In this document: in pieces, positions 12,875-24,902 of the stretch
Position numbering within the stretch: position 1 is the stretch's first letter
Layout of the letters: the number at the start of each line of letters is the position of its first letter
NCBI GenBank assembly: GCA_013265495.1
Contig: MU058221.1
Coordinates: 186,001-250,000 of the forward strand
Length of the DNA: 64,000 nt
Direction of reading: 5' to 3'
From: Vicugna vicugna
Taxonomy: Eukaryota
Position numbers and translations under genes: made by a program
Notes under the pieces: model-generated
Databases searched by the model: none
The model's input: the letters and a program-made list of their open reading frames with translations, nothing else
Told to the model about the DNA's origin: nothing

Positions 12875-14731
12875 GTGCAGCAGGTTAAATGACGGCCTCC
12901 CAGAGACAGGTTTACATCCTAACCCACGGAACCTCTGAATGTGAGCTTATTTGGAAAAAGGGTCTTTGTGGTTGTAATTCAGTGAAGTTATCTCAAGATG
13001 AGATCATCCTGGATTATCCAAGTGGGCTCTAAATCCAGTAAGTGTCTTTATAAGAGACACACAAAGTAGAGGCTCAGAGAAGTCCCCGTGCAAAAGGAGG
13101 TACAGGTAGAAGTTACGTAGTCACAAAGCAAGGAATACCTGGAGCAACCAGAACTTAGAAAAAGAAAGAAAATTTTCCACTGGGAGATTTGATGCAATCC
13201 CTCTAAAAATACCAATGGAATTTTTCATAGAACTGGAACAAAAAGTCCTAACGTTCATCTGGTGACACACAAGAGCCTGAATTAGCCAAAGCAACCTAAG
13301 AAAGAAGACAAAGGCAGAGGTATCAAGCTCCTTGACTTCAAACTACACTACAAATGTAGCTACAGTAATCAGAACAGTACGGAACCGGCAAAGAAACAGA
13401 TACACAGATCAACGGAACAGGACAGAAAGTCCAGAAATAAACCCACGCACTTATGGTCAATTAATCTACGACAAACGAGGCAAGATTATAAAATGGGGAA
13501 GAGACAGTCTCTTCAGTAAGTGGTGCTGGGAAAGCGGGACAACCACACATAAAAGAAAGAAATGACAACATTCTTTAACATCTTATAGAAAAATAAACTC
13601 AAAATGGATTAAAGACCTCAGTGTAAGCCTGGGTACAATGAAACCCCTAGAGGAAAACGCAGGCAGAACACGGTGACACAAAGACAGCAATAGTTTTTTC
13701 AAACCAACTCCCAGAGTAATGGAAGTAAAAGCAAAAATAAACGAATGGGACCTAATTAAACTTCAAAGCCTGTGCACAGCAAAGGAACCATGAACAAACA
13801 AAAAGACAACCTACAGAATGGGAGAAAGTATTTGCAAATGATGTGACCAACAAGGGCTGATTTCCAAAATACACAAACAGCTTACAGAGCTTAGTATCAA
13901 AAACACAAACCAACCCAACCAAAAAGGGGCAGAAGACCTAAACAGACATTTCTGCAAAGACATCCAGATGGCCGACACGAACATGAAAAGATACTCTATA
14001 TTGCTAATTACTAGAGAAATGCAAATCAGAACTGTAATACACCTCACACCAGTCAGAATGTCCATCATTAAAAAATCTACAAACATAAATGTTGGAGAGA
14101 GCGTGGAGAAAAGGAACCATTCTACATTGTTGGTAATGTAAACTGGTGCACCCACTAAGGAGGACAGTATGGCGGTTCCTTAAAAATCTAAAAATAGACT
14201 TACTATATGATCCAGCAATCCCACTCCTGGGAAACAGACTCCTTACAGATACAAAGAGCAAACTGGTGGTTGTCAGAGGGGAGAGGGATGGGGGTAGGGT
14301 GACGCAGCCAAAGGGGATTAAGAGGTACAAGATTCCAGTTATAAAATAAAGTCACAGGGATGTAATATACAGAGTAAGGAATATAGTCAGTTATTCTGTA
14401 GTCATTTTGTATGTGACAGTTTCTAGACTGATGGTGATTCCTTTCATAATGTATTTAAAAGTCAATCACTATGTTGTACATGTGAAACTAACTTAATACT
14501 GTATGTCAACTCGACTTCAATTAAAAAAAGAAAAAAAAAGAAAAGAAAAAATAACTAGAAAAAAGAAGAAAAACAAAAGAATTCATCTCTAAGTCTTTCA
14601 AAGGGAACACAGTCCTGCCAATACCTTGATTTGAGATGTCTAGCCTCAACAATTGTTGAGAATAAATATCTGTTGTTTTAAGCCATCAAGTTTGCGGTAA
14701 TTTGCTACAGCAGCCATAGGAAACGTACACA
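12875..14731 (+). mobile_element. MLT1 LTR split by an L1 insertion (LTR halves ~12875-13180 and ~14580-14731)
   Basis: MLT1 5' motifs (TTATTTGGAAAAAGGGTCTTTG, GAGATCATCCTGGATTATCC) and 3' motifs (TGTTGTTTTAAGCCA...GCAGCCATAGGAAAC) lie on either side of the L1. Confidence 0.85.
13185..14580 (+). mobile_element. 5'-truncated L1 (ORF2 3' part, 3'UTR, poly-A) with internal deletion near 14232
   Basis: Peptides [16 protein letters not shown] and [24 protein letters not shown]-rich tail 14523-14580. Confidence 0.92.
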
Positions 14732-14746
14732 CAGTACATAAATTAC

Positions 14747-14844
14747 CTCTGTGATTTTAACTGCTTTCCTCATCTGCTGCTGTTCCCAAATATCCTGATT
14801 TGTATCTTCTTGACTTTCTTCGCTTGTCTCTTCATTTTTGGTTG
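14747..14844 (-). CDS. GCFC2: GCFC2 coding exon 4, 98 nt
   Basis: Acceptor TTTTCTCTAG|CA, donor GAG|GTAATT. Translates (T)[32 protein letters not shown] (conserved [10 protein letters not shown]). Confidence 0.96.
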
Positions 14845-15751
14845 CTAGAGAAAAAAAAAGTTCATGTGTAAATATTCCATATCTTCCCATTCTAACAGCA
14901 GCAAACATTTTTGGGGAGCTTACAATGTGCTGGCTTAGCACCTTTTATATGTGTTAACTTATTCTTCACAGTAATTCTGGGACGAAGGCACTATTATCAC
15001 CCTCACTTTATAAACAAGGGAATTCAGATATCAGGAGGTTAAATAACTTCTCCAAGCACTGTGTTGAACCTGTGACTTGAATGTAGCAATCTGACACTCA
15101 TCACCAAACTGCCTCACTCAAAACACAATGGGCTCACATACAGAAAAAGCTTAGAAAAAAATGAAACATCTGGTTTTATCAGATTCTCAATTCTACCTAA
15201 GAATCTAAATCAGCAAAAATAATCTCTGGGTTAACAGAAACCAAAAGTCCCATTCTAAAATAATATTATTTGAAATGACAATAACTTTGGTAAAACAATA
15301 TTGTTTACATATGAGAAACGTGAAGATAGTCTTTTGAGAACAAACAATTATTGGCTGAGGAAAACTTTTTACTAGAGCAGGGAAGATTTTAATATATGAC
15401 ACCTAAAATCCCTACAGATGCTTTCATGTTAAAAAAAAATCTTATAAAGGTGACAATGAAAGTTTTCAATATAAAAAAGTAAGATACTATATAATTTTGC
15501 TAACCTGCCAAGAAAGATCAAGTGGAGATCAGATAACAGTAAACATTATTGCACATACCCTTTGATAATAACATGTTGATACAGACATGTATTTCAGAAG
15601 CCGTGATGTCAGTGACCTAAATTGGTATTTAAAAAAAACCCTTAAACACCCATGAGACACTACATTATGTTTTTATGGAGTTTTTTTTTTTACCATAATA
15701 CTATATTCTAATGAAAAATGTTTATACATCATAAATAAATTAAATACATAC

Positions 15752-15973
15752 TTGTTTCTTCAGCCATTCTTTGCCTAAGCGTCTGAAGCTTTGGCATAAA
15801 TGGAATTATCTTTTCATGATCATCAGGCTCACTCTCAGAATCTTCACTGTTTTTCTTCGTACCAGAGATGAGGGAGACATGCTTTACATCCAAAGAAATA
15901 TAGTCCTCTTGGGCCCTGGCCAATTTACGTGTTCTATAGGCTGCCCGAATAAAAGCTGCATCAGGGATGTTTA
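15752..15973 (-). CDS. GCFC2: GCFC2 coding exon 3, 222 nt
   Basis: Acceptor TTTCTTTCAG|TA, donor ACAA|GTATGT. Translates (V)[28 protein letters not shown]...[10 protein letters not shown], including the conserved IPDAAFI motif. Confidence 0.96.
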
Positions 15974-16243
15974 CTGAAAGAAACAAGGAGGAGGGCATTG
16001 ATCACAAAACATCAATAGAAATAAACATTACCAATATTTAAATAAAGGAAAAAAAGCACTATTTTTTCAACTTTTTTCACTATTTTGATATGAATATAAC
16101 TAAATGATCCAAAATGTGTACCAATGGAAGATAATTATTTTGATAGAGATTAAATATAAATTAGAGAAATGAACCAAATCTAGAAGTATCAGAAAATACA
16201 GTGAAACCATTCCATTCATCTTTTAACTCTTATTCACCAGGTG

Positions 16244-16572
16244 CTGCTGCTGACTTTTCGTTGAGGGCTCGCTCTCTCTCATTTCCAGACCCTCTGAGAT
16301 TATCAGGGCAGGGATGTGGAGAGGGCTGAGCATGGAGTCGCTCAGTCAGGGAGAACTGCAGAGGTCAGAATGGGTGGTAGAGCGGAATGAGTCACAAAGC
16401 AAGAAAGACATTATACGACGACCTGTTCCTCCCCTTCGGGAATCCAGGCACACAGGGCGTGAGAAACAGACTAAAACCCAGCACACCGTCAAATCAGCCT
16501 TCAAGGCCGTGTGGTGATTCTCATATGAATAAACTAAAAGAAAAGTTAAAAAGTATAAAAGAAATAATCAGG
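16244..16572 (+). pseudogene. Short processed retrocopy in GCFC2 intron 2, parent gene not recognised
   Basis: GC-richer insert in AT-rich intron. ORF ends ...QHTVKSAFKAVW* at 16517, AATAAA at 16528-16533, then a degenerate A tail. Flanking direct repeats TTATTCACCAGGTG (16230-16243) and TTATTTACCAGGTG (16573-16586). Confidence 0.7.
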
Positions 16573-18019
16573 TTATTTACCAGGTGAAAAATATTTAAGG
16601 GACAAATTCTTTTAAGAGACTTGTTTGATTTTTCCTTTACTTTATACAGTACAAACCACATTAATATAGACTCTGTCAACTCAAAATAAGTTTCTGCATG
16701 CATGATCTAAGCTGAAATTTAACTTCACACTTTGGAAAAAAATTGGTTTCTTAAGCAAAATACTAAGGTAAACAAAACAGCAAGAGAAATCTTTATCATT
16801 TAAGGACTTCAAAATATTAAATCAGGAGTGCCAAGCCACTGAGCAAAATTTTCTAACCATTCCCACAAATCAGTCTCAATTCTTTGAGAAATAAATAGAA
16901 AAGGTATTATATGCATGGAGATGCAGAAATACTCTAATTTTTGAAACAGAAAAAGAGAGAGAGATTTCAGAAATTACAGACCAAAATACTTGACACCAGT
17001 CCTAGAAAACAAAAAGTGCTTGACATAATTATGAAGCAGAAAGTGGTGAGCCCTAGGAACTAATATGTACTCATTAAAAATAAGGAGTATCAAACCAAGT
17101 GATTTATTTTTTATAAACGAGAATTATTTGCAGGATAGCATCAGGAAAATGATTCAGGCGAGGTGTCTCTTCATCCTCCCGAAGCACTGTGGGCAATGTT
17201 AAAAGTATACAGAGGAAAAATCACACAGTGCACTGGATCTTGAACTGGCTGAGTAACTACTCCAGAAACAAAAATATAAACAAAAACCTGATTATGAAGC
17301 AATGTAAGGATCCGCAAGACGGCTCTGAATTCTGTCTTCCCTTTTTTAATGCTTTTATTGTGAAGTGAATTAAGGCAGGATGACATACCTTTAAAGCTGG
17401 AAGTTACAGCTGGCACAATTTAAAGCAGAATTAAAATTCAAAAACATCACAGCAGGTTCTGTATCAGCATTTACTGACCCTTACTACACGTCAGACCCCC
17501 TGAGAAGGCTGACAGTCTGCTGCTAATTCGGCTTCCATCCCAGAGATTCAGACTCAGTCGACCTGAGGTAGAGCTGAGCAGCAGGATGTTTTTATAGCCC
17601 CCTACGGGACTTCACTGTACAATCAGGGTCAAGATGACACACTTAAGTTCAAATACTCAAGCGTATAAACACAGAAACAGGAATACTTCAACTGGAAATG
17701 ATTCAGCTGCAAGTGACTTAGTGGGGTTTAATTAATGGATCACAGGCCATGGACTCACTAGTGAGATACTACTGTTACTATAAAGCCAATCCTTTCTCAA
17801 GCTACAATAAAGAAATAAAAGTTCAAGGAAGAATATTCTTTCCTGTCCTGTCTATACATCTAACACCTAGCTCAAGGGTTCCCACACAGCAGACGCTGGT
17901 CAGACATGGGATGAATTAATAATGTTAGCATATTGTTTTATAATAATAAAAACAGTTTTGCAGACTTAGAACTCACAAATAATTTTCACATACATCATGC
18001 TATCTAAAGAGTAGAGGTT

Positions 18020-19080
18020 AGGAGAGGGATCAAGATGGCAGAGCAGGAGGACGTGGAGCTCACGTCCCCCATAAACACATCAAAATTTCGTCTATATGTG
18101 TAACAATTCTCAGAAAACCAACTGGAAACTGGCAGATCTCCCACATAACCAAAGCTGCAAGAGGCTCTCCATGTAACTGGGCAGGACAGGGGAATAAAAA
18201 GGCATCAGGACGGGACCGGCATCCTTGGGAGAGGTCTGTAAGGGAGAGGAGGTTCACACAGGCAGACTCTCACCTGGGAAGCCCCCTGCCAGCTGGGAAA
18301 TCCGCTGGGACAGACAGAGGGGCTGGGGAAGCCTAGGTTCTTCTGTGAGGAATGCCGGCAAGCTGGCTTGCTAACAATCAGGGTGGAGAGGACCAGTGCT
18401 AGTGACTGTCACCTTGTGGCACTTCCCAAGCTTCCCCTGACCTCCCAAACCCAAGCGTGCATCAGGCAGGGTCACAAACACACCAAGTGCTGAATCTCAG
18501 GCAGACAGGACCTGGGAGAGGACTCCATCTACCTGTGTGGAGACAGCCCGGAGGGACGGGGATGTGGTCCAGGCTGAACAATGGAGCCCGCTGTCCAGTA
18601 CACACGGTAGGCGTGGGTCTGGCTGTGGCAGACTTAGTCAGAGAGCACACCAGGCGGCACCACAGAAGTGCACAGTGGCTGGGTGTTGAGGCTCGGGCGG
18701 ACAGGCCCCGGGCAGCAGTGTGCAGAGATTCACTGCCTGGTGGGAGTGCTCCAGTCCTGCCTACCCCACACCTCAACTTGGAGACAGAATTGGGGCTGAC
18801 GGTTCTGGGACAGGGCTGACACAGCGGCAGCCCAGGTCCCAGGCAGGAGCACGACCACCTTGATCCCACAGCCACAGGGCCCAGGCCTCCAGCTCCAGCC
18901 CACTCTAAACCACAGCCTAGTACTAGGTCTGACGAACGAAACGGAGAAAGGGACACAGCCCAGTGCTGCTTCTGGATGGAACTGCAGTGCCTGCGTGATG
19001 GCACACAGGTCCCCTGTGACCACACAGCGGCCTTGCATCTGTTTTTCTCAGAAGTGGTCTTAGGCGTCATTAGACTGAAG
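18020..19080 (+). mobile_element. Isolated L1 5'UTR-like segment
   Basis: Begins GATCAAGATGGCAGAGCAGGAGGACGTGGAGCTCAC...AAACACATCAAAA, typical of laurasiatherian L1 5' ends. GC-rich; no ORF1 follows. Confidence 0.7.
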
Positions 19081-19124
19081 AGAGTCCACAGCACAGACAA
19101 GTTATGAACCTCTGAGCTAGAGCA

Positions 19125-19325
19125 GAAGGCCAAGTGAGTATCAGTGGCTTTTCAGGCCATGAAGTCTTTGTCACAACTTCTCAACTCCGCCATTTTGTCT
19201 GCAGTCAAAAGCAGACACAGACAATACATAACTGAAGGAGCATGGCTTTGTTTTAATAAAACTTTACTCACAAGAGCAGGCAGTGAGCCAGATTTGGCCC
19301 ACTGGTGGTAACTTCCCAACCCCTG
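19125..19325 (+). mobile_element. MER58-like MITE
   Basis: AAAAGCAGACACAGACAATACATAA...AATAAAACTTTA...GCCAGATTTGGCCC...AACCCCTG. Confidence 0.75.
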
Positions 19326-19859
19326 AACTGGACTTCACTTTCTAAAACACAAATTTGGTCATGCCACTTATTTGCATAAAATTTTCAGTAGTTCTCTCAA
19401 AACCCTGTATTATTTCACTCCAGTGTGTCCCTCTGCTTTCTTTTTGTTCTTCTTTCTTAAACTTTAATCAAGTACTTTCAGTTCAAAAACTACTTTTAGT
19501 TCTCCACACATGCTATTTTTCTTTTTCTTTTAGAGTTTTATATGTGCTACATCCTGCACCTGAAACATCCTCACAGACGAATTCTTACCATCTTTCAGAC
19601 ACTGGCATGAATCACCCAGTACAGCACAGCTGTTAAGAACACAGGCTCTGGAGCAGACTAGCTCTGCCTCGTACAAGCCATCTGACCCTGGACACGTTAT
19701 GGAACATAAATGAGCAGGCAACTTTGGCACTCGGATAATCATTAGTAATCACTTGCTCCATACTTCACTAGAGTTTAGCAATAAGAAGAATCACTGGTAT
19801 AGAAAATACTAATACTATAAATAAAGAAGCTCTTAACCAAAATTACAAAAATTACCAAC

Positions 19860-19988
19860 CTACTGATGAAACTTCTTCGTCTTCCAGAGAGCTAGAGCCA
19901 CCGGAAAATGAACTCTGATCATCTTTACTTTCTGAAGAATGATGTGTTCCATCCTCTTCGTCTGTTGAAAGATCTACCACTCTGGATT
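19860..19988 (-). CDS. GCFC2: GCFC2 coding exon 2, 129 nt
   Basis: Acceptor CCTGTTAG|AATCC, donor GTAG|GTTGGT. Translates (E)[42 protein letters not shown]; phase 1 to 1. Confidence 0.95.
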
Positions 19989-21054
19989 CTAACAGGACAT
20001 TTTTAAAATAAAACAAGAAAGATTCAAGATGTGGAATTAATAATTGAAATTATAAACAACACATGGCATATGTAAAACATGGTGTTTTAATTTTACTCCA
20101 CATATTTGAAGTAGATGTGCAGATCTTTCCTTAACTTCCATCCTTTCTGAAATCAATGGAAAATCTAATAAATGTACAAAGATTTATCCTATTTGTACTA
20201 TCTACTTTACTAGTAAATACTCCCTTAAAGAATGAAATGAAAAGAGGAGAGGGAACATAAGAAAAAAAAGAAAATTACAAAAATGGAAAAAAATACTTAC
20301 ACCAGAAAAGAAACATAGTGGTAGAGAGTAAGTAAAAAAAAGAAGAGAATACTTAATGCATACTTGCTACGTGCTGGCCATACTGAAGTCTGTTTTACAA
20401 GGTTTATTTCCTTTAATACTCACAATTCTATAAAGTAAATTACTGATGATGACACTAAGGGTTGGAGAGGCTAAATAACACATCCAGTGTCACAAAGTTA
20501 CTAAATAGAGAAGCAGGACTCTCACTCTAATTTCACCCAACTCTGGAACTTAGGCTCTCAAATTTAAGCATTATGTCACATTTCAATGGCTGGTGTTAAG
20601 AAGTACTGTAATGAGCTGTGGTCTCAAACCAAATCAAGGATGTGTTTCCACTGTGTCATTCTGGAAAGGAGCTGATCTATTAAACATAGATAACATTAAG
20701 AGATAACACCCATGGGGTGATATGAGAACTCAATGAGCAAAATATAAAGGAATTCATAGTATTATTGACAAAAAAGGACTTGTTAGTTTACAATTACTTT
20801 GTAAGATTCATGAATAACCTTAATACTTAAATACTACATAAACAGTATTACATAAGACTACATAAATAGTGCTCTTTATTTTAAAAGCGTCCCTTAATTA
20901 GAAGACCTATATACATTTCAAGAAAGTCTGGAGTAAGATCAAAACTTAAAAGACAAAGGAATATAGCTGCAGCTTACATCTATCTTAGTTACTGCTGCTT
21001 ATGACAACTCCTACATCTTCCTGTAGTGAAGCTGAAGTAAAGTCACACCAAAGC

Positions 21055-22310
21055 AGTGGTTCTCAGAGTGTGCTCCAGGCACCCTTGGAGGTCCCTCGAA
21101 CCCTTTAAGAGGGCTTTAAATTCAAAACTACTTTCATCACAATATTAACATGTGACTTGCATTTTTCACCCTGGGGATGTTTACATAAGGAAGCAAAAGC
21201 TGTGGTGGACAAAACCCCTGATCTCTTAGTTTAAATCAAGGCAGTGATACCAAAATCTGCAGAAGCAGCCACCGTATTCTTTGCCACCACGCATCAGCAA
21301 GAAAAATAGTCAGTTTCACTTATGGTTCTTAAAGAAGCAATATAAATTAATTTTATTAAATCTTAACCTTGAGTACATATCTTTTTAATATTCTGTGGAT
21401 CAAAATGGAAACATGCATAAAGCATTTCTGGGGCATGCTGAAACGCAACGGTTGGCTCAAGGAAAAAGCGCTTGTGTTATGCAACTGCAAGTTCAGCTTA
21501 GCTACTGTCTTTAGGAGGAATACCATTTATTCAGATACGGACATATGACAGACATTTTCTCAAAAATTAGTAAACTTGTGACTATCACTTCAACAATCAG
21601 AGATTTCAAGTGAAGACTATGTAATTCCAGTAATTCAAGTGCACTGTAAATTCCATAGCTTTCTAGTATTTAAAAGATTGATGATACTAGTAGTATCATT
21701 AAGAGAGTTCTTCTGGATATTTTGTCAAGTGTACCAACATTTGCAAAAACTTCAACTCAGTGAATCAATACTTCCCAGAGAGTATTTCAAGGGGTATTTT
21801 TCCCAAAGTGCAAAACACACCAACAGATTTTAATCTAATGGAGTACAAAAAAATTGACTGATATGGTTTCAGTTTCCACTTGAAAACTAACTTTTGAGAA
21901 CCTATTACTTGTTGAACTTTGTTGTAACATTAAAGCAGAATACCGTCAGTGAATGACTAGGTTAAGTAATCTTAACCACCTATCTGCGGTTTTGAACCTT
22001 CAAACAAAGTGACATATTTCAACACACTGAACACAGAAACAGCTTTGAGAATTTCGCTGTCTCCCATTAAGCCCCACATTAAAGAGACTTGCAAATTGAA
22101 AACAATGTCACTCTTACTATTTTTGGGAAAATAGTTATTTTTCACAAAAATGTTTCTTATCCTTACATGTAATTAGTTAATTTAAAAAGAATTAATAAAA
22201 ATTATCTTAATTCCTAATATGGTAAATATTATACATGTAATCCACCAAAACAAAAGCTCTTTGGGATCCTTAACAATTTTTAAGAGTATGAAGGTATGCC
22301 CTTACACTCT
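21055..22310 (+). mobile_element. Charlie1-like hAT DNA transposon remnant
   Basis: 5' end CAGTGGTTCTCAGAGTGTG, transposase remnants (GCATAAAGCATTTCTG...GGCTCAAGGAAAAAGCGCTTG), 3' end AAACAAAAGCTCTTTGGGATCCT. Confidence 0.8.
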
Positions 22311-22859
22311 TACCAAAGCACCAAAAACTTCGCGAGGCACTGTTCCAGAAGGCAAGAGAAAAGGCAACTCTCCGCCTCAATTCTCCCTATTAAAGTTTAC
22401 CCAGACCACTTACATAGATATAAAATAGAAATAAATCATCAAAACTTCAGGTAAATAGGTGATTACAATAATGACTAAGAAATCACGTCGACTAAAAACA
22501 GTGGGGAGAAATTTTTTTCTTTACCTCAAGACTAACCGAAAACTATATTATTATTAAATTCAAACCAGAACGTCTTACGTAAAGAAGTTTATGCTGCTTG
22601 AATTCTATTTCTAAGAACGTCAACACCCTTCAAAATGACTACCATTTGGTAGTCTACAGTGTCACCAATCTACTGTGGCACGGTTTTTCCCTTTAAATTG
22701 CTGATTAAGAAAGCAAAAGGAAATGTCCCAAAGCTTGTCACCTATTTTTTTTAACTGTACCATTCTGGTCAAGCGTTTTGCAGACAAAATAATTGAGGAC
22801 GTCTCTAGAAAGTACTTCCGCCTACCTAAGAGTACTAACGATTTTTTAGCTCTTCTGTG

Positions 22860-23780
22860 ACGATTTAGGTTCTTCATGAACACCCAGCGCAGCACGAAAG
22901 CTGCAACGGGAGGGTTCACCCGACGGCGCAAAAGCACAGACGAGCCCCGAGCCGCACAGGGCCCTTCCCACGCCCCCAAGGGCCCGGCGACCGGACGGAC
23001 GGCGGGCGGGAGCTCGCGGACGGCCTAGCTCCGGGGTCTCGCGTCGCCGTGGTGCGCCGGGGGTTACGGAAACCCCTGGAGAGCCGCGCCGCCCCCCCCC
23101 GGGCGCCCCCGCCCCGCGTCACCTGCGCCGCCCGAGCCGCCGCGCCCGCGCGCAGCCGCTCCCGCCGCAGGCCGGGAACTCGCCCAGACTCGGCCCCGGC
23201 CCCGGCCCCGGGCCCCGCTCCGCGCCCAGCGGGGCCGCTCCGCCGCTGCCGCGCGGCCTCCTCCAGACGGCAGCCCTTCCTCCGCAGGGCCCGGCGCGGC
23301 CCGCTCTCCCGCCGCCCCGGGTTCAGCAGATGGCTCCTGCGCGCCGTCGCTGTCACTAGAGTCGGCTCGGCGCTGCCGGAAAGTCCTCCTCGGCCTGAGC
23401 GCCATGGCGGACCCCGCGGCGCCGCGCGCAGGCTCGCTTCCGCGTCCACTCAGTCCACGCAGACGCGCGCCCCCGCCCCCGCCCCGCCGCCGCGTGCGCG
23501 CTCCCGACGCGCGCCTTCTCCCCCCACCCCGCTTCGTCATGCGCATGCGTGTTTTGCTCCCTTCGCTCTGTCCCCCCGAGTTCCGTTCCCAGGCTTGGGG
23601 GCTGGGGATATAGGGCGTTCTCTGCACGGCCGGCTTGTGCAGATGGTTGCGGAGAGATTGCCGCGGACTCCCGATCTGGGTGCCACGGCGAGCAGCGCTT
23701 ACAGGCTCTCCTCGTTGCAAACCCTGTCTGGGAATCAGGCGTTACGCCCACATCTCGGACTGCGACTGAATCAGCTCTTC
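22860..23780. promoter_or_regulatory. CpG island / GCFC2 promoter, probably bidirectional
   Basis: Very high GC and CpG density around exon 1. GC boxes at ~23470-23490, ETS/GABP-type CGGAAG (minus) at 23437-23442, NRF1-type TGCGCATGCG at 23540-23549; no TATA box seen. Confidence 0.9.
23123..23405 (-). CDS. GCFC2: GCFC2 coding exon 1 (GC-rich sequence DNA-binding factor 2 / intron large complex component), 283 nt
   Basis: ATG at 23405 in strong Kozak context (gccATGg). Translates [30 protein letters not shown]...[11 protein letters not shown], matching the GCFC2 N-terminus as I recall it. Donor CAG|GTGAC at 23123/23122, phase 1. Confidence 0.95.
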
Positions 23781-23844
23781 TTCCTTGTGAGAGTGAAGTT
23801 CTCTCTCCAACTAAGAATTAAAACAAACGAACAAAACCCCAGGA

Positions 23845-23858
23845 GTGAGTGAGTGTGT

Positions 23859-23889
<31 letters not shown>

Positions 23890-23892
23890 AGT
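23845..23892. repeat. (GT)n microsatellite
   Basis: GTGAGTGAGTGTGTGTGTCTGTGTGT... directly visible. Confidence 0.95.
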
Positions 23893-24902
23893 GACTGTCG
23901 CTGAAAGCTAAGCAGTAAAATCTACACACAAATGGTAAGCGCACAAATAAGCAAAAATCAAATGATTGCTTCCAGTCACCAAGGTTTCAATCGAACCTGG
24001 TTTAATAATTTGGTCCATAAGGAAAAATAAAGTATCTGAAAAATGGGGATGTTGTTTAAAAAGAAGCGCAGAGATAAGAAAGACGGCCCCACAGAATTAC
24101 ACACAGAAACGGGAAAAGAGCAACCAGAGAGTAAGCAGCCTTTCCAGGTATTCATAATCACCACTACCTTATATTATTTGCTTTTTCTCATGTATACTAG
24201 GAAGTTTTCTCCCGAGAGAGCATGGGAAACGCCATACGCCTTATTTGCCCCCATCGTGTTCACTCACAATACTCGCTTATTAAGTCAATCAACTAGTTAT
24301 TACGAGACTTTGCATTATTCACCTTTTATATAATTCAAGACTGCAAAGGTTAATAACTGAAGAAAATTGGCAAATGAAGTATTCCCAGCTTTTGGAAATC
24401 GGTGTCATGGATATCAAGACCGTTTTTCACCTGGTGAAATGACGTTTTTACTAAGCTTCTCTGGCCATTGATCAGTGGGTTCTGAGCACCCTCTAGTGAG
24501 AAATGTGCTACTTACAGAAGGATTGTGTCACTCGTGGAATTCTTTCTCACTATAGAGCTATTTTTTTTCATTCTCTCTTGTTATAAGTAATGGATATATG
24601 TTTATTTTTAAGCCAACCTATGTCAAACTTTCTCAGAGGACAAAATTTTGGGAAGTCATATTTATAAGTAAAGTATCACTCTCTCCTTTGGGAATTAAAA
24701 ATGTGTATATTGTGTAAATGCTTTCATGAAAGTATGGACCTAATTGTGTTTTCATTTTTCCAGCATCTATTTTTGAGCACTTTCTATGATGGAAGCCTTG
24801 TCCTTGAATCAGTGGGTCACAATAGGCATGGGGGTCCTGCTCCTGAAGGTCAGGTGCTATTATTCAAATTAGCCTAATTACAGGTTGGCTTGTTGGAAAT
24901 TA

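Noticed and set aside
18462..19133. 223-aa minus-strand ORF
   Set aside because: Lies within GC-rich L1 5'UTR-like sequence and has no protein-like features.
22916..23852. Several long overlapping ORFs (177, 267, 131 aa) in the CpG island
   Set aside because: Expected from stop-codon scarcity at very high GC. Only GCFC2 exon 1 and the part from ATG 23643 have independent support.
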